Part shown: positions 1 through 9,900 of the stretch, piece after piece
Numbering within the stretch: position 1 is the stretch's first letter
Layout of the letters: each line of letters starts with the position of its first letter
Translations under genes and position numbers: made by a program
Notes under the pieces: model-generated
Told to the model about the DNA's origin: nothing
Seen by the model: only the letters and a program-made list of their open reading frames with translations
Database searches by the model: none
IMG/VR virus record: IMGVR_UViG_3300032050_000035
Length of the DNA: 64,000 bases
Reading direction: 5' to 3' (one strand)
Origin: a virus
Taxonomy: Duplodnaviria > Heunggongvirae > Uroviricota > Caudoviricetes

Positions 1-151
1 CTATATTGATCTTTGGAGTTATTCAAAAGTTCCAACAATTCAGTTTTCAACTGAGTATCGAACTGTTGTTTTTAGAAGATACTTAATTATATTTTTAAAA
101 AGTTATAAAACAAATATTAAAGAATTTATTCAAAATGAAGAATATAAGAAA

Positions 152-508
152 ATGGATAGTGCTCAACTTTGGCGTTCATTTCTTACATTAATAACTGATA
201 TTGTTTATGATTATGAGAAAAGTATGGAAGAGCAAGGTATCCCTAAAATTATTATAGATAAAATGAAGGCTAAGAATAATGATACAATTAATCTTATTAT
301 TGATTTAATTGAAGGTATATGTAACTCTTCTTTTTACAACTCCGAAGGAAACTTCTTAAAAGTTTATTCAATTTTAAACATAATACTTTCTGTTTTAGAA
401 AACACAATTTCTCATTCAGAAGCAACTTGTAATTCAATAAATGGTCAATTAAAAGGTCTTTCGTTTAATGATAATGGTAAAATCGTAACAGAACCATCAG
501 TCCATTAG
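152..508 (+). CDS. hypothetical protein; the reading frame is open upstream to position 2, so the gene may begin before the window
   Basis: ORF track; in-frame open reading continues to the window edge; no recognisable motifs. Confidence 0.35.
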   Translation: MDSAQLWRSFLTLITDIVYDYEKSMEEQGIPKIIIDKMKAKNNDTINLIIDLIEGICNSSFYNSEGNFLKVYSILNIILSVLENTISHSEATCNSINGQLKGLSFNDNGKIVTEPSVH

Positions 509-1048
509 TGAATAAACATCATCAGCAGTAAAGTCTGGATCAGTAACTCTTAAATCATAATCATTAAATGATTTGAAGTCTTCTTCATCAGCGTCTAATC
601 TTCGTTCTACTGAATCATTTTTATCACCACGACCTTGTATTCGTTTTTTACGAGTTTCTCTGTCTATGTCTAAATAAACAACAAAACAACCTTTCCTAAC
701 TTCAGGTGTTATATTTTCAAATTCAGCTGGAGTCATTATCATTACTTGTGAATTTTGGAAGTCTTCGTTTGTTATTCCATAATACCAAGTTTCAGGATCT
801 CTTCCCTCTGGAGTAACATTAAAAGTTTGATATGCTAAAAATTCTTGATTATTTATTGATTCAGTAAATATATTATCATCAACGAAATTATATGTGATAC
901 CTTGTTTCTCGAACTTTCTCATTGGACGAGTTGTCCATTTAACACAAGGCTTTAAACCGATTTCTACTAACTTTCTAACTAAGAAGTCTTTACCAGAACC
1001 GGACTTTCCCAACACTATTAGTTTTTCTTTTTTATCTGAAGCAGACAT
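497..1048 (-). CDS. guanylate kinase-like nucleoside monophosphate kinase
   Basis: P-loop GKSGSGKD followed by a TTRPMR..Y.FV motif typical of guanylate kinases (TTRPPR..DGVDYHFV). Confidence 0.6.
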   Translation of the reverse strand: MSASDKKEKLIVLGKSGSGKDFLVRKLVEIGLKPCVKWTTRPMRKFEKQGITYNFVDDNIFTESINNQEFLAYQTFNVTPEGRDPETWYYGITNEDFQNSQVMIMTPAEFENITPEVRKGCFVVYLDIDRETRKKRIQGRGDKNDSVERRLDADEEDFKSFNDYDLRVTDPDFTADDVYSLMD

Positions 1049-1090
1049 AACTAAAGTTTTTCTTTTTATATCATAGTGATAAATAAAAGT

Positions 1091-2224
1091 TTAATGTATT
1101 TTCTCAACAATAAATTGAATTTTATTTACTTTTATTTCAGATACACTGTTCATTGAGTATACCTTATTAAATACTAAATCTTTATTATCAATCAACTTAT
1201 TCATAAATTCCGTTGTCTTTTTAAATTCATAATCAGCCATATTAAGTCTATTAATGGAATAAAAAGAAGCTTCTTCTGAACCACATTTACCATAAGAAAC
1301 TAATGATGTATTTTTATGAGGACTTTTATCTATCTTATTTAAAAGATCGGTACCTAAAATAGTAAATAATCTTCTCGTTAATTCATAATTAATATTTCCA
1401 AGGTTTTTAAAATTCCTCAATAAATAGTACTCATTTTTATTATCAAATAGAAAATTAACTTTAGTTGTAAATTCGCCAAATCCTTCATCACTTAGATAAC
1501 CAGATATTCTTTGAGCAACTCTATTAACTTTCTCTCCTAAATCTTTAGTATAATTTTCATCAATTGTGATTGTTACATAGAATTTATCTGATTGTTTATT
1601 TGATGTTATTTGTCTATCTGGGAAAAGATATTCCTCCCACTCATCAATTAAAATATCTTCGATATAAACTTTAATATCTTCAGATTTCTCAACATTACTA
1701 AATTTAGCACAAACTATAATTGCTGGATTTTTAAGTAAAAAATCTTCTAAACTCTTTTTATCATCTTTAAAACTAGATAAATCATAAACATCATTATCAT
1801 TTAATCTATCACCAGTAATATAATCACCAACATTAATTTCATCTTTAGTGATGTAAATAAAATCTCTTTTTGTTGGAGTTACTCTACTTGGATCATTACC
1901 ACCTTCCTTTATATAAAAGTTCCATTTGTCTAACATTAAACCAAAACCTAGTTTACTTTTTGGAAAATCTTCTTTAGTTATTTTTCTCCAAGGTTCTTTA
2001 ACAATAGATCCATCTGATCCTGATGAAGATACAATAGATATAAATTTAGAATCATTAGTTTTCTTTTTAATTTCTTTATATCTATAATTAAGTAAAGGAA
2101 ATAATTTGAATATCTTTTTAAGTAAAAATCCACCAATTAAAACCGGTGCGTGTAAAATCATTCTTTTCTCTTCAGGTCTTAACTCCTCATTTATGTAATT
2201 ATCATATTTCTTTATGTGTTTCAT
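1091..2224 (-). CDS. hypothetical protein with N-terminal leader MKHIKKYDNYINEE
   Basis: long ORF; shares the N-terminal leader motif seen on many ORFs in this window. Confidence 0.5.
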   Translation of the reverse strand: MKHIKKYDNYINEELRPEEKRMILHAPVLIGGFLLKKIFKLFPLLNYRYKEIKKKTNDSKFISIVSSSGSDGSIVKEPWRKITKEDFPKSKLGFGLMLDKWNFYIKEGGNDPSRVTPTKRDFIYITKDEINVGDYITGDRLNDNDVYDLSSFKDDKKSLEDFLLKNPAIIVCAKFSNVEKSEDIKVYIEDILIDEWEEYLFPDRQITSNKQSDKFYVTITIDENYTKDLGEKVNRVAQRISGYLSDEGFGEFTTKVNFLFDNKNEYYLLRNFKNLGNINYELTRRLFTILGTDLLNKIDKSPHKNTSLVSYGKCGSEEASFYSINRLNMADYEFKKTTEFMNKLIDNKDLVFNKVYSMNSVSEIKVNKIQFIVEKIH

Positions 2225-2225
2225 A

Positions 2226-3131
2226 TTAAAAGTTTATTTTAGCTCCGATTGTATTAACACCGGTTATTCTAGTGAAATTGAATTGAACATCATGTCCATA
2301 TAAAGAAACTGTTTTGCTGTATGATAGATTAAGAATAGGCATTAAAATCGGTTGGTTATCAGTATCTAATCCTCTAACAAAAAAATAGTTTATATGTAAT
2401 GGAAATTGTGGCTTAGATAATAAATCCAAGTCACTTAAAGATAATTCAGGTAAGTTTTTATTCTCTTTAAACGCTAAGAATTCATTCTCCAACAAAGAAA
2501 CCGATAGAGTACTTTTACCAACTTCATCATTTGTGACAATATTTGGATATTTCTCTATAATAGTATCAGCAAACTCTTTTATAGAACCATCATTTGTTTG
2601 TTCCACTAATGTTGTTGTATCTTTTACAGGATCCTTAGTAATTACCTCTTTCGGCATTGTAGGCTTTAATAAAGAAGAAGCTGCTAAACCAATTGCACCA
2701 ACAGTTGTTGCTATACCCTCATCTTTTTTAACAGTCATCATATCATCTTTAGCGAAGTTATCATAGCTCATAACTTTAGGTTGTTTAGTTTCACCTTCAC
2801 CTTTTGTAAAATCTTGTCTTCTTCTAAAAAGAATATCTTTAAATGATTTTACTTTTTTATCTCTATTTGATCCGTGACTTCTGGATTTTCTCATCGGGAC
2901 CTTTTGAAACACTCTATTAACACCACTTGGATTATAAGGAATTGCTATTTCATCTGGCTCAGAGCTTTTGGAACTTGCCCAATTTGTTCCAATAGTTTGA
3001 CCAGCTAAACCAGAAGCAGCTGATCCATAACCCATACCACCACCGATAAAAGGTCCACCAGTTGCTGATGTTTCATTGATATCATCGTTGTCAAACGATT
3101 CGAATGTTTCATAAGAGTTTAAATATTTCAT
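2226..3131 (-). CDS. hypothetical Gly/Ser-rich protein with N-terminal leader MKYLNSYETFESF
   Basis: ORF; leader motif; Gly-rich N-terminal segment. Confidence 0.5.
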   Translation of the reverse strand: MKYLNSYETFESFDNDDINETSATGGPFIGGGMGYGSAASGLAGQTIGTNWASSKSSEPDEIAIPYNPSGVNRVFQKVPMRKSRSHGSNRDKKVKSFKDILFRRRQDFTKGEGETKQPKVMSYDNFAKDDMMTVKKDEGIATTVGAIGLAASSLLKPTMPKEVITKDPVKDTTTLVEQTNDGSIKEFADTIIEKYPNIVTNDEVGKSTLSVSLLENEFLAFKENKNLPELSLSDLDLLSKPQFPLHINYFFVRGLDTDNQPILMPILNLSYSKTVSLYGHDVQFNFTRITGVNTIGAKINF

Positions 3132-3141
3132 ATTTTATATA

Positions 3142-3396
3142 TTAAAAATTCTTGTCAACTATTTTATAGTCGTATTTATTTTTTTCCGCCCATTGTATAA
3201 CCTTTTCAATATTATCACCAATCTCGAAATTGATATCTAAATCTTTTATTTTAAGGTTATAAATCTTACAAAAAATCACTCTTTTCTTTGGTGTGTAATA
3301 AACATAAAACTCAAACTTTTTCTTCCAAAAAAGAAAACGTCTTTTTTCGCCACTAATTAAAATTAAGTTTAAATATTTTCTAATATTAGTGTTCAT
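3142..3396 (-). CDS. hypothetical small protein
   Basis: ORF in a tight operon-like arrangement. Confidence 0.35.
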   Translation of the reverse strand: MNTNIRKYLNLILISGEKRRFLFWKKKFEFYVYYTPKKRVIFCKIYNLKIKDLDINFEIGDNIEKVIQWAEKNKYDYKIVDKNF

Positions 3397-3449
3397 TTTG
3401 TAAAACCAAAGAGTATTTTACTTATATATAAATAACCGGAAATAAAATT

Positions 3450-4043
3450 ATGAATAACCTAGAAAAACTTGAAATTAAAAGGCTTCTAAAGGAGTTATAT
3501 TTTATAGAGTCAGATTATGAATATAAAAACGAGTTGATAAATCAACTTGAACTTGAATTTATTGACTCGGTTAATAACTATTTAGATAATCATCCGACAC
3601 TAAAAGAGGCTTTTGATGATAAAATTAATCAAAGATTTCAAGAAACTATAAATAAAAAAATAGAAGAATCAAAAAAAGAAGTTGCTATTGTTGAAAAAGA
3701 AATAATAGAAGTTGATCCTAAGGTTAAGAAGCTTTATAGAGAAATAGTTAAGAAGACACACCCAGATAAAGTAAAAGATAGTGACTTAAATGATCTTTAT
3801 ATAGAATCGACTAAATATTATGAGAAAGGTGATATTTTATCAATCTATAAGATATGTGACGAATTAAACTTAGAATATGAGTTTGGTTTAGAAGAAAATG
3901 AGTTGATTAAAAATAAAATAACATCATATAAAGAAAAGATAGAACTTTTACAATCAACGTTTACTTGGAAATGGAGTTCTACTGAAGATAGTTCTAAAAA
4001 TCAAATAATTGAGGATTATATAAAAATACAATTATTTAGATAA
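3450..4043 (+). CDS. J-domain (DnaJ-like co-chaperone) protein
   Basis: KKLYREIVKKTHPDKVKD matches the J-domain helix II/III signature with the HPD tripeptide. Confidence 0.5.
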   Translation: MNNLEKLEIKRLLKELYFIESDYEYKNELINQLELEFIDSVNNYLDNHPTLKEAFDDKINQRFQETINKKIEESKKEVAIVEKEIIEVDPKVKKLYREIVKKTHPDKVKDSDLNDLYIESTKYYEKGDILSIYKICDELNLEYEFGLEENELIKNKITSYKEKIELLQSTFTWKWSSTEDSSKNQIIEDYIKIQLFR

Positions 4044-4665
4044 TATTTAGTTTAACTTTTCTATCATCTAATAAAGTTTGTAGCTCTTCCTTTCTGAAAT
4101 TTTTTTTATAAATATCATTTAACTTTAGAGGATTTTGAAGTTCCCAATCACTTCCGTTACTTGTTGTGTAAATATAATTCTCATCACCATCAACTATTTC
4201 AATTGTTTTTGATGAAAGTTTATCATAGAATCTTTTTACATCATTGTTAACTTTATATAACTTAGAATCACCCCATCTATTCAATGATTCATTCCAAATT
4301 TGGAATATTATGTAAAGTGGATTCTCTAACTCATTTTGTTCTTGGCTAAAGATAAACATAAACTTACATGGTTTGTTTAAAAATGTTTGATAAGTTTCTG
4401 TATCTTCTAATTGAGATTTTTTAAGAGCTAAACTTGATAAAGAATTTATAAACTCAACATTATTAAAAAGAAAATCTAAATCTAGATTATCTTTAAGTTC
4501 TGTTGGTAATTTTAAAGTATCAAATATATCAACCTCTTCAGCGTTGATTGAATTTAAAAGAATATCATGCCATATATTCAGCGATTCCATTAAGTCAACT
4601 GATTGAAAAGTAAGGTCAATAACTAATGACTCTTTATATTTTTTGTATGATTTTATCCACTTCAT
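4036..4665 (-). CDS. hypothetical protein with N-terminal leader MKWIKSYKKYKES
   Basis: ORF; leader motif; TTTAATATATATATT promoter-like motif upstream in the divergent region. Confidence 0.5.
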   Translation of the reverse strand: MKWIKSYKKYKESLVIDLTFQSVDLMESLNIWHDILLNSINAEEVDIFDTLKLPTELKDNLDLDFLFNNVEFINSLSSLALKKSQLEDTETYQTFLNKPCKFMFIFSQEQNELENPLYIIFQIWNESLNRWGDSKLYKVNNDVKRFYDKLSSKTIEIVDGDENYIYTTSNGSDWELQNPLKLNDIYKKNFRKEELQTLLDDRKVKLNII

Positions 4666-4717
4666 TAAAATTGAATAAATATTTTTAATATATATATTAA
4701 AATTTTAATCTCAATAA

Positions 4718-5473
4718 ATGAAGGTTTGTTCTAAATGTAAGATATCAAAAGACTTTAGTAATTTTCATAATTGTTCTAAATCTAAAGATGGTTTAAAATC
4801 AGCTTGTAAAGAGTGTCGTAACTTAGATAGTAAGATTCGAAGAAAAAGTGAGAACTGTAAAATAAAAGAAGAAGAATATAAAAAAAATAATATTGATAAA
4901 ATAAAAAAATATAAAAAGGAATATTATTTAAAAAATAAGGAGGAAATTATAAAAAATAGTAAAAAATACTATACAGATAACAGAGATTATGTGAATAGTA
5001 GGAATAGTATTTATTATTCAAAAAATAAAGAAAATATTTCCAAATATCAAAAAGAGTATTATGTTAATAACAAAGAAATATTAAACGAATATAAAAAAAA
5101 TTGGTTCAATGAGAAATATAAATCTGATGAGATTTTTAAATTAAAGAATAGTATTAGAACTCTAATAAGAACATCTCTTAAAAAAAGTGGATTTGAAAAA
5201 AAATCAAAAAGTGTAGATATATTAGGATGTGATATAGAAGAATTTAAAATTTACTTAGAGAGTAAATTTGAAGATTGGATGTCTTGGGATAATTATGGTA
5301 AATATAAGGGATATCCAAAATCAGGATGGGAGATAGATCATAAAATACCACTAGCTTCCGCTAAAACAGAAGAAGATATTATTAATTTAAATCACTTCAC
5401 CAATTTACAACCACTTTGTGGATATATAAATAGAAATATTAAAAAAGATAAAATATACTATGAAATGGATTAG
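4718..5473 (+). CDS. HNH endonuclease with N-terminal Cys-rich zinc-binding region and Lys-rich linker
   Basis: C-terminal GWEIDHKIPLA...NLQPLC is an HNH motif; N-terminal CSKC...C..C..CKEC. Confidence 0.6.
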   Translation: MKVCSKCKISKDFSNFHNCSKSKDGLKSACKECRNLDSKIRRKSENCKIKEEEYKKNNIDKIKKYKKEYYLKNKEEIIKNSKKYYTDNRDYVNSRNSIYYSKNKENISKYQKEYYVNNKEILNEYKKNWFNEKYKSDEIFKLKNSIRTLIRTSLKKSGFEKKSKSVDILGCDIEEFKIYLESKFEDWMSWDNYGKYKGYPKSGWEIDHKIPLASAKTEEDIINLNHFTNLQPLCGYINRNIKKDKIYYEMD

Positions 5474-6908
5474 AAATTATAAATTATTTAAGGAATCTAA
5501 AGATAATTCAAAATACAACCCGAAAAATATAGTACAAGAGATTTGTATTAGTATGATTTTATTAAATAATGAATTTCTCGATCCTATACTGGATAGAGGT
5601 TTAAAAGCAAGATATTCAGAAGACTCAAGTGTCTTCTTAACAGATTTAAAAAACTTATTATTAGCAAAAAATAGACTTACTCTTGGTAGATTTGTTGATT
5701 CTAAAACTTGTGTAGAGGATGATGAGATTTCTAAAATAAATGGATTCTTTAATGAAGTTGACTTCAGTATAGATAAAGACTGGAATAAACTATCAGATAG
5801 TAGAACAACCGCTAGAAACTTAATGGATAAACTATTAGGTGATGAGAAATTAACTTCTGATAGAATTAGAAAAATTTATTGGATAGGACCTAATAAATCT
5901 AAAGATTTTAATGAAGATATTGTTATAGAAACAACTGAGGGTAAACAATTTTCTATTTTCTTAAATAAAAATCTATCATCACAAAAAACATCATCTTTTA
6001 ATACATTTGGTGATGATTTAATCGGATCTAATATGGAGAAATTGTATTCAGAAGAATACATGGAGAAATGGAATAAGTTAGTTCAAACTTGGGTTACTAT
6101 AATTTATGAAAATGCTGACAAACCAATTCAAAGACATATTGAAAAGTTTATAGATCCACGAAGAGTTGAAACTATGGGTTACTTTGAGTATTTTGATATC
6201 AAACATCAAGATCCAAGATATAAACACTTAGGCGAATTCTTTAGAGAGTTTGATAAGAATATTTTAAAGTTTTCTGAATTATGTGATGAGATATGGAAGA
6301 ATAAAGAAAACTGTTTTATGGATGTTGAAAGAGTTAAAAAAGAATGGTATGAAGCTAAGATTGTAATTCTTAATTCTAAAATTCTTGAAAACTTATTAAC
6401 AAATTCATTAAAAAGTGAATTCTCTGATGATATACAAAAGTTAGATAATGGAATGAAACGAGCTGAAGGTACAGTTAAAATGAAATTATTTAAAACTATT
6501 GTTGAAAAAATGGGTTGTTTGGAAAGAACACTTTATTATGTTTCAAATGGTGGTAATCAATTTAGTGTAATTCCAGCAAGAGATTTCTTTAGAAAGTATT
6601 ACAATGATATTGATTTAAGCTTTGATTACCACGTTAAGTTTAATTATAATGAAGAAGATGAAGAATTAAATGATTTCAAAATCAGTTTGAATTTACAACT
6701 TGATGGTGAAAATTTAATTGATATGATCATATTCGTTAAATTTACTGGTGGTGAACTTTCTTCTAAATTAAGTGCTAAATACAAATTTGAATTAGTTGAT
6801 GACTTCAATTATCGAATTGCTAAGAAAAGACTTTCTGAATTTGAACCTAAAGAGGATCAAGGTGATGAAGAAGATTTTGAAGAATCGGAAGAAGATCAAC
6901 TAAATTAA
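5460..6908 (+). CDS. hypothetical protein with N-terminal leader MKWIRNYKLFKES and acidic C-terminus
   Basis: ORF; leader motif. Confidence 0.5.
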   Translation: MKWIRNYKLFKESKDNSKYNPKNIVQEICISMILLNNEFLDPILDRGLKARYSEDSSVFLTDLKNLLLAKNRLTLGRFVDSKTCVEDDEISKINGFFNEVDFSIDKDWNKLSDSRTTARNLMDKLLGDEKLTSDRIRKIYWIGPNKSKDFNEDIVIETTEGKQFSIFLNKNLSSQKTSSFNTFGDDLIGSNMEKLYSEEYMEKWNKLVQTWVTIIYENADKPIQRHIEKFIDPRRVETMGYFEYFDIKHQDPRYKHLGEFFREFDKNILKFSELCDEIWKNKENCFMDVERVKKEWYEAKIVILNSKILENLLTNSLKSEFSDDIQKLDNGMKRAEGTVKMKLFKTIVEKMGCLERTLYYVSNGGNQFSVIPARDFFRKYYNDIDLSFDYHVKFNYNEEDEELNDFKISLNLQLDGENLIDMIIFVKFTGGELSSKLSAKYKFELVDDFNYRIAKKRLSEFEPKEDQGDEEDFEESEEDQLN

Positions 6909-6978
6909 TCTTACATTTTAACGGCATGGAAAGTTGTATGTGTAATATATACAATTATAAAAAAACTTAAAAAGTTTT

Positions 6979-9900
6979 ATGCCATTAAGTGATTTCGTAG
7001 GTTTTCCATTATATAGAGACAATTTATTAACAGGTCCATCAAATGTTTCATTAGCAATACCGGGACTTGATAGTGTTATTTCAAAGTCAATTGGAATGAC
7101 TAGTTCGGCCATGTTATTGGTTCCTAATCTTGATTTTTTATTAGAATTTGCTAAGGGTAACCTTGGTATAAGTGATAACCTTTGGAAGTCTGTTATTTCA
7201 GCAAATATGAATTCTCCAATATCGGCTAACAGCGAAGGTGTATTTAAAAGTTTTGCTAAAGCAAATGACTTACCATTAGATGATATTAACAAATATAAAA
7301 AGAATGGTAAATTTAAAATGCCAGTATCCGCAGTTGAACTAAGTTCAGCATTTGATGGTTCTGGATTAAAAGCATTTGAGAAAACAACAATACTATCAAT
7401 CTTTGAAAGTCAAAAACCTTATATGGAAATAGCAAGAACTGTTGCCAGTTTATTTGTTGATATTGAAGATGTAGTTGCTAGAATAATGCCGTTGGTATCT
7501 CTTAATCCATTAACACATAAGTCTGCTATACCAAAGATGAATGGTGGTGGTGGAAAAAGACCAAAAGCTGTTGGTTTTAAAAATGGTGAAGAAATAAATG
7601 AAGCTTTGAAAAAACTTAAAGGAGCTTCAAGTAAAGGAGGTAAGATTAAAGTTGATAAAAATGGTGGTGTTACGAAAGAATCGACTGATATACAATCAAC
7701 AGATTTAGGTGAGTATTTAGATCAAACTGTTAATCAGTTAAAAACTAAATATAAAATAATTAAAGTTCAATATTCAACTGGACAATTTGATCCAAATGAA
7801 GACTATATTTATACATTTATTGATTTACCGCCAGATTCAGGTGCTGAACCGGATAATTCCCCACCAGAAGATGATGAAGATCCATATGATAAATATAAAC
7901 CAGAAAAAATAATATTAGGAATTTATAATTCAAAAGGTGTTCCTATTAATCCCAATGAATTTCTTAGAACAATAGGATATACTGGTAATCAAAAAACTGA
8001 ATTAGATACAACATATAAAAGAGCTGAGTGGATAACTAAGTCTGAAAAATGGAAATTTAGAAATGGTGATTTCACATGGCCAACTTTAGGAACTCCTAAT
8101 TATGTTTTTGAAAGAGGACTTTTAACACAGGTAGCTAAAACTGCTCCTGAAAAATACACTCTTAAAAAATATAAAAAAGATGATAAAAACATTTTAACTA
8201 ATGAAACCGCTATAGAAGGTGATCCAGTTATTGATAGCTTTGATTTAACGGATTCCGATGTTTATACTAGATTCTTTACGGAATACACCAATATACAAAT
8301 AAACTTGGCTAAAGATTTAGAACCTGAAGATAAAGAAGAAGCTAGAAAAGAAGTTCTTAGTAGAATAAATGTTCCTTCTCATTTAGAAAACTTATCAAAT
8401 TATAGTCAAAATAAGAAAACATATTATAAACCTATAAATGGTCAACCTGCTTTTCCGGAAACTTTAAAAACTATATTTAAACCATATCAGATATATTCAG
8501 CATCAGCTTCAGCAGACCCAAAACTTGCTGGATTAAATGGTTTAATTTGGATTGATCCAGAAGCTGATTATGAAACTAAAGTTATAAGAGTTGATCCAGT
8601 TTTTAAAATAAAAACAGATAAAGTAAAAGATGAATCTAAATTAGAAACAACAATAAAATCATTTGTTAAGAATTTATATGAAATAAAGAAATCTGATAAT
8701 TCGAGTTTTGGAATAGAAATTAAGAAAAATGGAACTCTATTGGAAAGTATAGAAAGTACAAAAGTTTATAATTTAGATAACTGGAATTATCAAAATGGTC
8801 AAATAATTAATACCAATACTTTTACATTTAAAATGTGGTCTGATGAACCAATATATGAGTATAAAACAGCAACTGTAAAAAATTGGGGTACAAAAACTCT
8901 TAAAAAAGAAACCAATGGATGGACATATACCGAAGGTTCTAGTAAAATAACAGGTGATAGATTATTAGGTGATAATAAAACATATATTTATGTAGAAGAA
9001 GGTATAGTAAAAAGATGGTATTATAAATATAATCAAGTACTATCTTCTGTACAAAATACAACAAATACCACACAAACAATAACTATAACTGATAGTACAT
9101 TTACATTACCTACCGATTTTGGTTCAAAGAAGTCAGTTACTTTAAATGTTTCGACTGGGAGTTGGACTACATCACAGAGTAAAGTTCCTTTCTATTCTAT
9201 AAAAGTAACAGACCTTAGTAATCCAGGAGGAACTATAATTGATCCATCAAAAGTAGATAATTTATTCTTATCTGGTAATGAACTATTTTCAAAAGGTAGA
9301 TATGGTGTTGGTGATCCAAATGAAAGTCCTCAAGAGATTGATATTATAGAAAGATATCAAATGACTGATTTAGATACTGAAAGTTATTATATAATAGAAG
9401 GTGTTAGATCGACTGCTAATAAAACTGGTCCTGTTGATGGTGAAACAAGTGCTGGTAAGAAATGGTATAAGTTACCACAAGCAATCGGTGCTATAATGGT
9501 ATTCATAAAAGTTCTTATAAAGATATTTACAAAATTAGTTCCAGCTATAACAAAATTAATAAAACTTTTGAAGAATCCAATTGAATTTATAACTGATATA
9601 ATATCAGAGAAATTGGGTGAATCATTTGATTGGTTATCAAAAGATGCCTTTAAGGCTTTTTCGAGTTTAGTTGAGACAGTTAAAAAGAGAGAGGAGATAT
9701 TAAAACAAGGTGGTTCTGCTTATGTTGATAAAGTAAAACAAATAGTTAAAAATTCTCCTTTAAAAGATTATGTATTTGTTAATGGATTTGGTCAAAAGAT
9801 TTCAAAACTTTCGTCAGCAGTTAATGATCTTACAAAGTCAGCAACACAGAATGCTACACAAGTTGGAAATACAATAACTAAAAATCTTGGTGGAGCGGCT

